Of a stretch of 64,000 bases of DNA, positions 13,001-21,900 are shown in pieces (positions within the stretch are counted from its first letter, which is position 1; the number at the start of each line of letters is the position of its first letter). The notes under the pieces were generated by a model. It was not told the DNA's origin, made no database searches, and saw only the letters and a program-made list of their open reading frames with translations. Both the position numbers and the translations under genes were made by a program. Source of the DNA: a virus; the IMG/VR virus record IMGVR_UViG_3300008120_000016, positions 60,720 to 124,719 of that record, one strand, 5' to 3'.

Positions 13001-15773
13001 TGTCTAACCAATCATTTAAATTTTTAAGTTCTTCTTTCTTGCTTTTATAAAGTTCACGTTGCTCGGCACTTACAATTTGAGATTGTTCTATATTTTTAAT
13101 CTCCATTGTAAGAAGATTCATATGTCTTTTTAAAGACTGATCAGTTGCTAAAACAGTTAGAACTTGTACAGCAGAAGCACCTATATTTTTATTATTACCA
13201 ATTTCAGATTGAAGTTCACTAGCTCTAATAATAACCTGTTTTGCTTTAAAAGAATTAGTAGCTAACATTTCTATAATAGAATCTAAAACCTGTTTCTGTT
13301 GCTTAGCTTTAACATAATCTTCAGGTTTATTATTCTTGTATAAATCAGGAATTATTCTATCTGCGTATTTATCTTTTAAAACTTGATATGTATTGTAATA
13401 ATCTTCTATATTATTTACAACAGTATCTGTAAAGTTTTTTACGTTCTTTTTATTTGTTTCAGTAGGGTCTATTCCAAAAGCTTCTTTAAATTCTTGATCA
13501 GTAAATTCAACTCCAAACTCTTTAATACTATCTCTTAAAGATTCATATAAATCTAATTTGATAGCTGCGGCTACAGTTTTAGCTAAAGCTGAATCTTTTG
13601 AATTATTGAAAACATATTTGTCTTGATTAGCTGCTGCTTCATCCATGTTTTCAGCAGCTTTATTATTTACTTTAATATTAGCAATTGCTTCATTCTGTAA
13701 CCATTTAGGATCTTGATACAAATGGTTCATTAAAGCAACAGATTCATTAACTAAGTCTTTAGTTGTTTTAAATTCTGTAGATAATTTAACACTATCTTGA
13801 ATATTTTTTAACTCTTCACCTTGTGGTTCTTTACCATTTTCAAGTTTATACTGCTGTACTTTAGCATCTACAAGTTGTTTATAAGTTTGAGCTGCAGCTT
13901 TTCTACCTTTATAATTACGATTAGCTTCTGAAATTTTACTAAAGCCCAATTGCATAGGAGCAATTAATCTACCGGTTAGTGCACCCATCAAAAAGGTTTT
14001 CATACCCTGCATATCAGTAAGAGGATTTTGCATACTTCCTATTACACTATCCATCTTACTTCCATAACCTTTTTTACCATGATGTAAATCATAGTAATAA
14101 TCAGTCAATCCTTTACTAGATGCTTCTTGAATAAGTTCTTGCATCCCTTCAGACCCTTCAAATTTCATTAATCCTTTACCGAGGGATTTAGTAATTTCCC
14201 ATGCTGCTGCTCCTTTACCAAAATCTTTAGCAATTTGACGAGCTGCACCCACTCTACCAAGAAGACCTGTTTTATAAACTCTTGATGCTGTTTTTCCTTC
14301 AATCTTACCAGTTACTTGAAATGCTTTACCTGCTAATGAATTCATTCCTTCACTTAATATACTTCTAGACTTTTTAAAAGTATTAAACATTGTATTAAAC
14401 TGAATACGATTCATTACAGATAATACACCAACGTTAGTCCAAAAGTTATCATGCGATGCTCTTTCAGCTGTTTGTTTTATATTTTCTAATTCATTAGCAT
14501 TAGGTTCTCTACCATTTTTATTTATAAAGTCATTTACAAGTCTATCAGTTAATGTTTTATATGTACTAGCTGCCTCAAAAATAGATTCAGACCTAGCCAT
14601 ATTAAATTCACTAAGACCACGTCTAATTCCACCAAGTCCTGTAAAAGCTAATTGTGCAAACCCTGCACCAGCTTTATACATTTTTGCCATTTCTTCTACA
14701 CTACCAACAACTGGTACAAATTTCTTCATACCATTAAGAATTGAACCTTCTACACGAGCAGATTTAGTAATAGTATTTGCAACTTTACGAGTATCATTTA
14801 CTAGTTCACCAACTGTAAATACACCTTTTGGTGTAAACATATTTTTTACATTATCAACTCCTCTAGCAACAGTTGACATTGATTTAATTTTTGCCATTTG
14901 TTCTGCAGATCTAGCAACTCTACCCAACAACATACCTTTTGTAAGGGGTGCAAAAAAAGTAGATGCACCAAATGTTAAAGCTTCTTCAGCAGCAAATTGC
15001 AATCCAGCACCAATGGCAAACCCAGATTGCTGAAGCATGTTTCCAAAAAACTGTCTATTCCACAAAGTTTCTTTTGATTCAGCCGTATCATAGATAGCAT
15101 ACTTATTCATGATATCTTCTTGCTTCTTAGCCATCTCATATCTTTCTTCTTCAGAACCCATGAGTTTAGAAGAATCCCATGTAAACAAAGCTTCTGTCAT
15201 TCTACCCCAACCTTTCCATCCTTCTATAAATGTATCAGCTGCTAAGTGACCAGCTCCTGCTAAACCATTAGCAATTGTTTCCCCCCAAGTTTGAGCTCTT
15301 CCGTATAAATATTCTTGCTCATCACCAATCATAGGATTTAAACCAAATGTTTGGAAATTCTTAGAATTTTTATACCTATCATAATCAGCTTGTGTTCCAA
15401 GAACCATAGGTTTATTAGTAGCTAACAAACTACGTTCTTCAGGATTAACTCTTTGTGCTAATTTATTATATGCATCATCTGGATTAAAACCTGGAATTGT
15501 TGTATTACCTCCACCAGAAGAAGGAAGAGGTCCGTAATTATTTAAAAGATTTTCACCTTCTCTTTGTAAATTTTGTACATCTGCAATAAGATCTGTAATA
15601 CTTTCACCATAAGATATACTCTTAGCATATTCTTCTCCCGTAGGACCAAGATTTTGCATCGTCAATTGATGATCAAAACTTAAGTCTTCAGCTTTAGGCA
15701 TACCTGTATCAGGTACAAATGTTTGTGAAGAAGGTAATGGAGCAAAACCTGGTAGTTGTGGAGTATCGGGCAT
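7068..15773 (-). CDS. Giant internal virion (cargo/ejection) protein, 2901 aa, with N-terminal Gly/Ala-rich hydrophobic helices and a zincin-like HExxH metallopeptidase domain
   Basis: ORF track. VILHELIHAV at ~9366-9383 with downstream LREFVTEAFTNPSFQYLL. Hydrophobic segments such as FAIGAGLQFAAEEALTFGASTFF. Lies directly upstream of the RNAP, as do crAss-like cargo genes. Confidence 0.75.
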   Translation of the reverse strand: MPDTPQLPGFAPLPSSQTFVPDTGMPKAEDLSFDHQLTMQNLGPTGEEYAKSISYGESITDLIADVQNLQREGENLLNNYGPLPSSGGGNTTIPGFNPDDAYNKLAQRVNPEERSLLATNKPMVLGTQADYDRYKNSKNFQTFGLNPMIGDEQEYLYGRAQTWGETIANGLAGAGHLAADTFIEGWKGWGRMTEALFTWDSSKLMGSEEERYEMAKKQEDIMNKYAIYDTAESKETLWNRQFFGNMLQQSGFAIGAGLQFAAEEALTFGASTFFAPLTKGMLLGRVARSAEQMAKIKSMSTVARGVDNVKNMFTPKGVFTVGELVNDTRKVANTITKSARVEGSILNGMKKFVPVVGSVEEMAKMYKAGAGFAQLAFTGLGGIRRGLSEFNMARSESIFEAASTYKTLTDRLVNDFINKNGREPNANELENIKQTAERASHDNFWTNVGVLSVMNRIQFNTMFNTFKKSRSILSEGMNSLAGKAFQVTGKIEGKTASRVYKTGLLGRVGAARQIAKDFGKGAAAWEITKSLGKGLMKFEGSEGMQELIQEASSKGLTDYYYDLHHGKKGYGSKMDSVIGSMQNPLTDMQGMKTFLMGALTGRLIAPMQLGFSKISEANRNYKGRKAAAQTYKQLVDAKVQQYKLENGKEPQGEELKNIQDSVKLSTEFKTTKDLVNESVALMNHLYQDPKWLQNEAIANIKVNNKAAENMDEAAANQDKYVFNNSKDSALAKTVAAAIKLDLYESLRDSIKEFGVEFTDQEFKEAFGIDPTETNKKNVKNFTDTVVNNIEDYYNTYQVLKDKYADRIIPDLYKNNKPEDYVKAKQQKQVLDSIIEMLATNSFKAKQVIIRASELQSEIGNNKNIGASAVQVLTVLATDQSLKRHMNLLTMEIKNIEQSQIVSAEQRELYKSKKEELKNLNDWLDTKDELINEAKVDKSYRAFANLINIMNERNRIDRAVSKEDVEDVFNKVVDYIKLNKDHKEYVDAMNLLADPKNMELVKNASMSAWEAMMKKFQEEMKAEIAEGTGVDVYEIPKHKVEQNPDDNTWYVVDPEDVVVAKGFATKEEAEEEAKKRDAEYEAAISSEEKGISPDAPQSEESVETESGVVDLEEVNDIEVGDTLFSKDSGLSYTITKIEDDKISFKTSLNGVGSWSKDELQKLIKDNKVQKQITRPKKTGTKGYIKVDGKVITMEDVPGKIDFTGSSKTDTDADTMMTDVTALLKNWDKEFINKNLINFDGQFIFNYDGRVFVLVRVGKFVVPFYFSSSGTDGKKIDWHYVFGRNQQPPWIIKGYVDDQGEVVYGDIFKSRYPKSIAELERIRDEVRVKLSMTEQQKNDVGKMLFSNRQKYPKSIDTIYEGLDVVEDFGPDGVETNDNYDYLINATLGLIGLDNNNQQGPQQNPQQSKLQEAIEKVKAVNTKSELEKLLSEYQNDNILSNPDFIKVVDEVTDKLNKAAAEAGTTKVLKDTDPEFVQEYEQVLKTLDQVINKPDVTLNEITEAFALLYPVLAKLEQQQRDEYYEKYSKIKIDVIAKAMQEIASKDINGAKKLITDSFASNSNPLNSTFDLLYDQLNIKLKPEFKEELIEHFEKEYLKAIDRRISNLLKNVNSSETSEVLSDLIQLKEKFQSSVESFVKNLQEKSEKLKEQKGDLSYIVLTSNIFTNPTHRGIMSNRNVGVRSAAQKIAIQNLLNAEIITESNIYSYDESTRKGASEIINLGVARILTLQLHKGLNDYYGPENNPDKLKEALYEYLLDMETGLDPVYNPNTKKVEYPSTQTRKELEQEARDSVQGFLNKDVYKTPEEILEVLRIPVKEQNSVISNEEFALFSEYRKAMIGMMSNNTILDILDSWNEHNEKLSLSNKKVNDTDIIDKNQVALLNKFLNKFDDSANLYADVLSNFPIVLKGSKSDALKAITNISQKYFKRGSDGLALLQSLYAGAIQTYNLTKSEDDNAEPLTETEILNVLENSDSILNKQQILQVEDYAKNEQLNKYKSQLNAAVGFKSKEKLFSYEPVDQNQVGLPFNSLRQKFSTDTRTTDELSKLLQVDADGSIKTENALLFIIDSQFATDYEKELAKKLLRVVSEEDVIKVNNNLDTAGMFDYVTKEIFINLDIAGYKENGLSVPAETVILHELIHAVIEDSISDPTSEYAKAIKSLYNTVKNVPGAQTFYAYQKNLDEGQQLREFVTEAFTNPSFQYLLAKTPYANTSKTIWETFIELLSDILSRIGINISDTTLSEVLSLTNDLMNKDAVVVDDQLPSEKYMQKIASAATVDELNNITKELTDNKVKDALPDSIFNSIIASIKQKVARLNTQEINNAVKDLKQIKVGKTKYYYSDKSGTLEIFKKGRLKLTKVTNQTEFDNVKAEIDKTTKPPTPPPPSPSPVPETNQTQKANFKITSDLANKSYEEDPSAIDISSVKSGVTITAVEPEGLRSKGNDGQLKNGEYIEYDSFKLYYYKVRNIINKLSLASLNDIANFYVTLDKDAEGLRWDGSAQSREWISSDKGVVGYISDKDGNPIVFDKDGKAIGKADKNNPIASRFNNGENQIVYFNTYTPNTHPDSLKRINPEQLDKLFKAREKVMNGKPQIAKLKRISKGQMVLKGLVKPKSKSQKNTLRDKDIVEKLKQDHVSFILQGQYLNAIIEDNDGALQGTPLFTPASKSVKITSTDGKEYTLFNYLVELMKVYHQMEKDNSSNLGDVQRDLWNWAKETWITGSNYNLQIPQKFRNISVRIKDQMTTLPVFEEINGVLTINEDNLNIIRPYVDRMRVNASKQFLEGKLNFKFPYITEVDGKKVINFEKMDYMDYLMNNIGLTTYINDIPSKDAIKRYNSSVHFLEPSDLNPTKNTISVTSNDLNKDENAIDKAVKKASGEVNTTKKKIKLPGNKRAWAPRFELNHKKSCK

Positions 15774-15776
15774 TTC

Positions 15777-18700
15777 TTAATAACTTTTTATTAATTCATT
15801 ACGAATAGACTGTGTAGTAACAGGTGGTACACCAGCAGCAGCTGCTTGTGTTTTCATTTGATTGTTGATTGCAATTTTACCTAAAACATATGGATTAATA
15901 AAGGTTTCGTATATATTATTTTTAATTTCAGGAAAAGTTGTTTTAGATAAATCATATTCCATTCTATCACCATAAGGAACAAACTCGGTTGAATAACTAC
16001 CAGGTTGACCATTTACACCAGGTGTGTATGGTTTATAATAAAGTTGTATATATCCTGTATTTGAACCTGCTTGAGAAGGCATCATTTCAGCTTTAACTCC
16101 TTCAGCTTGAAATGCATCAAAATGATATTTAGTTCCATCTTTTCTATTAGTAGCAAACTCACCTACTTCATTAACATTAGAAAATACATGATAAATGGAA
16201 GGTGAAGCAATTGTAGGACTAATAGGAAAATAAAAACTTTTACCTGCCCAAGCTGGAGGATTTTCACCAGAAGGAGTTTTCATTGTTATTTTAACAGCTT
16301 GTCCTCCTCCATTTAAAGGAGAAGATGTAAAAAGTTTTACAGATGTAACATTATCTTTTGTTTCCAATGCGGTTCTAATCTCAGCTTGCAAAGCAGGAGG
16401 AACATCCGTAGCTTCACTTGTTCCATCTGCATATTGAAATATTGCAGAGTTTGTTGGTGTAACTTCACTTAAACCATGTAACATTTTTTCTTTATTTTCT
16501 CCTGATATTTCATAAAAAGGAGAACCTTGTACCAAACCTGGTGCAATACCTGCACCTTGCATAAATTGAGGAATAGGTATTTGACTATTAATTTCTTTTG
16601 TATACTTTTGAAAAGTTTTAGATGTATAAGGAACAGCTGTTATAATTTTACCATTTTCATACTGATCATAGATGTAGTATTCTTTACCTTTATAAGTAAA
16701 CATAACTTTACTAGCATCTGATAAAGGTACATCAGGGTTATGAGTATGATGTGTAAATTGTATAGCTCCATTAACATACCCTTCAGCAATATCTTCAATA
16801 TCATCATCTGTTAAATCAGCACGTTTATCAAAACCCATTGAAATATCTTCATTGATAGCTTTTTTAAACTTCATCATATTTTTAGAAACATATGCTTTAT
16901 CTATAACATCTTTTGTACCATCTGGTTTTGTATAAAACATACCTGCATAATCAGGATTGTTACCTAACTTATCAACAATATATTTACGACCACTTTCTAA
17001 AGCTTTTCCAGATATTTCAATTTCTTGTAAATTGTTTTTGTAATCCATCAAAGCTCGTTTAGCTTCAACTTCATTTTTGGTTCTTGCTTGATAACCTGTA
17101 GTTGCTCTTTCTAGTAAATCAGGCATTCTTGATAGTAAAGTTCTATCAACTTTTGTATTTGCAAAATTTTGACGTTCCTGATCTAAAAAAGTATTAGTAG
17201 GATTATTTTTAGAAAATGCCCACATTTTACTATAAGCATCTCTAAGAGCTGCTGTTTCTTGTGCTGTAAGCGTTACTTTTGTTTTATCATCAGCATTATA
17301 GTATTTTGTAAAAGCAGTTCTTATAGAACTAACATTTACATCAGATACCCCCATTGATTCTAATAATGACAAAGCCCCAAAAGTTTTTGTCATATTATTA
17401 AGAGCTGTATTATTAGCAGATTGTACTTTATCTTTTAGTTTAGTAATTGCTTCAGTGGATGTAATAACTGTTGAACTAACATCTATTGGTGTAATTCCAG
17501 CTGTACCATCTTCAGTTGCATAAGTACCATCAGAATTCATTTTATATGTACCATCAGCATTCTTTACTCTGCGTTTACCTTGCATAGCAAGTTTAGCATC
17601 AAGTTCTTTTTCTTTTAAATCAAGTTTAGCATCATCTACTGCATTATCATGAATATCATCTTTAATATCATTAACAGCTCTCATTGCATTGGTTTTAGCA
17701 ACCATTATATCAACATAAGCTCTATCTTCTTTAACAGTACGTGAAACAGAAGCTGATTTAATATTACTAAATCTTGTAACATCATTTTTAAATTGCAAAT
17801 CAGAAAAAAAGGTCTGAGGGCTTTTTACAAAATTGTCCATGTAACTATTCATATTTTTTTGAACAGTGCCATCATCACTTCCAAATGTTTGATTATAACT
17901 TTCTCGTACAGCTTTAGCTTTTTCGTCCAAGCTATTCCTATTTCTTGAACGTTGTTCTAAAGCAATATACATTTGTGCCTCTTGTGTATTGCTATTTCCA
18001 GCAATTATATCTTGTTTACCTTTAATATATTTATCTGCATTAGGACCTTTTAATTCTGCATCTATTGCACCAGTTTCATCAAACACTCTTTTATTAATAT
18101 TATCTAAATATTGTTTTTGAGTATTTCTATGTTCATTAAAACTAGTTCTAGCATAATCTTTATAAATATCTTCATTAGAAGAATTAGCCCATTTTGGATC
18201 AGCTTTATATTTTTCAATTACTTTTTCTTGTCTACTTTGGCCAAGGATTTGTAATTGTCTTTGATATACATTATTAGAAGCTAAAACGTTTTCAGCAAAC
18301 GTTTGATAGTTTTGATCAAACTGAGGACCTCCCTCTACAGTGACAATATACGGCTGTCCTAAATTATCAATTTTAGTTTTGAATCCTTTTTCTTTTACTG
18401 CTTTATCTAATAAGTCTTGAGGATCAACATATGCAGCTGCTGTTCTTCCTTCAACTTTATAGTTATCAATATTACCTTGTCCTGTTTTTAAACTATTTAA
18501 ATCACGTGCAACCCACTCTTGTATTTCAGCATTATATTGTTTACGTACATCCATGTCTTCAGAATTCTTCCATGCCTCCATTCTACCGATTTCATTCTTA
18601 ATTCTTTTTGTATGATATTGATCATACAAAATTGCTTTATCTGTAGAAACAGGATCAAACAAAGAATTTGCATAATTTACATTTTGCTGCATTGAAAAAT

Positions 18701-18935
18701 CAGCAGAAGCAATTTGTTGCAGTTGTCCTTCAATGTCTTTTAAATACTTATCTCTACGTTCAACATTAGAAGGATCTGTAAGTTCTTTTTTTAAACTATT
18801 ATAAGAAGCTGCAGCTGCTTTTAAACCTTGTTGATATTGCTGTGATTTTTTATCTAAAACGTATTTTAAAAAGGAAAAATCCGGAGTATATATCACCGGA
18901 TCAAACCCACCATATTGTATGTCTGTTGCTGCCAT
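15777..18935 (-). CDS. Internal virion cargo protein, 1052 aa, function unknown
   Basis: ORF track. Helical N-terminus (YTPDFSFLKYVLDKKSQQYQQG). Position within the cargo block. Confidence 0.6.
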   Translation of the reverse strand: MAATDIQYGGFDPVIYTPDFSFLKYVLDKKSQQYQQGLKAAAASYNSLKKELTDPSNVERRDKYLKDIEGQLQQIASADFSMQQNVNYANSLFDPVSTDKAILYDQYHTKRIKNEIGRMEAWKNSEDMDVRKQYNAEIQEWVARDLNSLKTGQGNIDNYKVEGRTAAAYVDPQDLLDKAVKEKGFKTKIDNLGQPYIVTVEGGPQFDQNYQTFAENVLASNNVYQRQLQILGQSRQEKVIEKYKADPKWANSSNEDIYKDYARTSFNEHRNTQKQYLDNINKRVFDETGAIDAELKGPNADKYIKGKQDIIAGNSNTQEAQMYIALEQRSRNRNSLDEKAKAVRESYNQTFGSDDGTVQKNMNSYMDNFVKSPQTFFSDLQFKNDVTRFSNIKSASVSRTVKEDRAYVDIMVAKTNAMRAVNDIKDDIHDNAVDDAKLDLKEKELDAKLAMQGKRRVKNADGTYKMNSDGTYATEDGTAGITPIDVSSTVITSTEAITKLKDKVQSANNTALNNMTKTFGALSLLESMGVSDVNVSSIRTAFTKYYNADDKTKVTLTAQETAALRDAYSKMWAFSKNNPTNTFLDQERQNFANTKVDRTLLSRMPDLLERATTGYQARTKNEVEAKRALMDYKNNLQEIEISGKALESGRKYIVDKLGNNPDYAGMFYTKPDGTKDVIDKAYVSKNMMKFKKAINEDISMGFDKRADLTDDDIEDIAEGYVNGAIQFTHHTHNPDVPLSDASKVMFTYKGKEYYIYDQYENGKIITAVPYTSKTFQKYTKEINSQIPIPQFMQGAGIAPGLVQGSPFYEISGENKEKMLHGLSEVTPTNSAIFQYADGTSEATDVPPALQAEIRTALETKDNVTSVKLFTSSPLNGGGQAVKITMKTPSGENPPAWAGKSFYFPISPTIASPSIYHVFSNVNEVGEFATNRKDGTKYHFDAFQAEGVKAEMMPSQAGSNTGYIQLYYKPYTPGVNGQPGSYSTEFVPYGDRMEYDLSKTTFPEIKNNIYETFINPYVLGKIAINNQMKTQAAAAGVPPVTTQSIRNELIKSY

Positions 18936-18936
18936 T

Positions 18937-18982
18937 TAGTATTAATTTAAGAAAAAATCTTTGAAGTTTAAAACTAAACTTT
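18937..18982 (-). promoter_or_regulatory. Conserved intergenic element copy A (candidate phage promoter) AAAGTTT-N6-AAACTTCAAAGATTTTTT-CT-TAAATTAATA
   Basis: Near-identical to 36687-36731. Fills the gap between two cargo genes and ends just before the ATG at 18935. Contains an AAGTTT/AAACTT inverted repeat. Confidence 0.6.
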
Positions 18983-18992
18983 ATAAGTTTAA

Positions 18993-21900
18993 TTATGATT
19001 CCATGACTCTAGCATATGCTAAAGCAACTCTTTGTCTTTCTTCTGGATCTGCAATATAATTTAATTTTTTGTACCAGCTATCAACTGCTTTAACAAAAGC
19101 AACGCTACCACCTTTTTTAAACGAACCACCTGTTACATCATCATCATCTTGTGATGTAACAGTATTTACAGTGCTAACATTACCTTGACCATCAGTTCTC
19201 TTTTGAGTTTTTATAGTAGACCCACCAGAATTTCCAGTTAATCTCTCTTTTACAATTTTACTTCTTTCCTTTGCAGACATCATTGCTAAATTCTTATCGT
19301 TCATTAATGCTGCATATCTAGCTGCCCATGCTTCATCTTCATTAGGTTGAGAACCACCTCTGGTTTCAGCTTCCCAAGCAGCTTTAGCAGCATCACTTTT
19401 AAAATAGATTTTTTGTGTCCAAGGATCAGTGTTGAAGTATTTTTCAGTTTGATTTAAATTGTATATTTTACTAGCATTGTGTTCAGCTTGATTCCATGTT
19501 TTTACAATACCTTTTCTAGCTTCCCTTTCTGCACGTCTATATCTATCATCATAAACATTATTATCGTCCCAGTTTTTATTAAGATTTTCAGCATTGTACA
19601 TATTAAACTGATTAAGAATACCAGCTCTTTCAGAATCTTTAGCTGTTGCACCTGCTGCGTTATATTGATCAGTTTGTGAAATATATTGACCAAGTTGATT
19701 ACCTGTTTGACCTTGTAAGAAAGATAAATTAGCTCCCATTGCATTACCACCTTGGAAAGTACCAATTTGATTAGCTGCTGCATTCTGACTTGATTGTAAA
19801 GATGCAGCCATACCCCTCCAATCTACAGGAATAAACTGTGGTAATACAGGTTGAACAGGTTGTCTACGTGCATAATACTTTCTAAGAGTAGCATAATCTG
19901 CTATAGCATTTCCAAAATTACGAGCATCTTGACTTGTCCATTTACCTTTAGGTGGTATTTTTTTACGTGGAGGTAATGTAGTAGTTGGTACAGGTATAGA
20001 TCCTCCTGGAGGTTTTGTTGTAGATGAGGTTAAAATTGTGGCAGGTGGTTGACTAGTTGTTGGTGTTGGTTCTGGAGATTTAGTTGTAGTTTTTACAGGT
20101 ATTGTTTGTTGCATTGCGTATGTAGTACGAGCTCCAAATATTGAATCATCATATTTACCTGCTGCAGTAGGTCCCCATTCTTTTTCAATATACTGCATTG
20201 CTTCAGGATTTTCTTTTTGCAACTCTCCAAAAACATATTTTTGAAAATCAGCTGGTCCTGTAAAATCTCTACCAGCTCTATTTCTCCAATATTCATATCC
20301 TTTATAAAGATGATCTTTAGGAGCTTGAGTTTCATCATAAGTTGAAATTCTACCTTTAGGACTTTTTCTACCTTCTGGGGTATTTGATTTAGTCCAAAGT
20401 TTAAACCAATTTGGCATATTATATCGCTGAGCACTTACAGGAGATTGTGCTGCCCCTGTATTTTTACTAGGATCAGTAGTATTTAAAAACTTCTGTTCAT
20501 ACTCAGCTTTAGGAATCCACTTTGTTCCGTCCCAAGCTTCTTCTTGTTGAGGATTAGTAGGATTAGCTCTTGTTTGCCCAACAAGTGGACCTGGGTTTAC
20601 AGGAGCACTAGGTGCTTTAGTAACTTTAACTGTAGCAGTCTTACCACTATTAGTTAGCATATTCTTTACACCAAAGGGATCATTTGTTGTTGATCTGTTA
20701 TCAGTTGGTCTACCAACACCTTCTGTGCCAGAAGTAGTAGGAGATTTAGTAGTATCTTTTGTTGTTTGCTCTTTCGATTTTTCTTCTTCTGCAACCTCAC
20801 CTTTATCAACATATTGAGGATAGCCTCCAAATCTTTGCATAGGCATTTCTTGACCACCACCTTGTTGTTGTCTTTTTTGTTCTATTTGAGCTTGTTGTTC
20901 TGGACCTACGATAGCTTTTGCAACTTCAGGAACTCCTTGAGGATATCCTTTAATACCTTCTTGTACTAAAGCAAGTTCAGCTAATTTTATTTGATAGTTT
21001 TCTACCATCCTCATTGCTGTTTGCTTTTGTAAAGCGTCTGCATAAGGATCTTTTAAAATAGCTAAAAACTTATTTACATCATATTGTCTTGCTAATTTAG
21101 CAGGTGTCATACCTTTTTCTCCTGATTGTCCAAAATGTTTTAAAATTTTTGGATCACGAATTTTCATTTTACCCGTATCAGAATATATAAATGATCCGGG
21201 AGGAGCTTGTTTTCTATTTAATTTAACACCATCATCAGTATGTCTATTTCCAAGAATAAAATTATGTGTACCGTCAGGACGAAGAATTGTTTCACCTATT
21301 TTATTTTTACCACCACCTTCAGCTTCCAATACATGTGGATTTTCTTCTGTTGGTTCTTCTTCGGTTACAATGTTATTAGGTGATTTAAAAGGATTTTCAG
21401 GCATACTGCTATATAAGTTTCTTTGACCTATATATAATCCATAATCAGATTGACCACTATATTGAGGCTGCCCACCTTTAGCCATTTGTTGAGGAGCACT
21501 ACCATATGTAGCAGATATTTTTACATTAGGTCCTTTTCTAAATGATTTATTATACTCCAGTCCTCCATGAAAATTTCCTCTACTTTGTCCTTGTTGATTA
21601 TTCGCACTCTGCATAAAACTTGGATCACTACCTTGTTGAACATTGTTTCCAGTTTGCCTATCATAACCACCTTTAATTTTAAGATTACCTCCGGCTACAG
21701 GTAAAACCATATTAGTTCCCACTGAATAATGATTTCTATCAAGTTCACCTGTAACACCTATATTACCTTTTCCTCTAATTATACCAGGTAGAGTTAATCC
21801 AGCAGTATATGCTGAATTTTTAAATCCTTCTTTACCAACGGTTCCTCTATAACCTAATGATAAATCGTAAGTTCCAGGTTTACCTTCACCTTGAGCATCA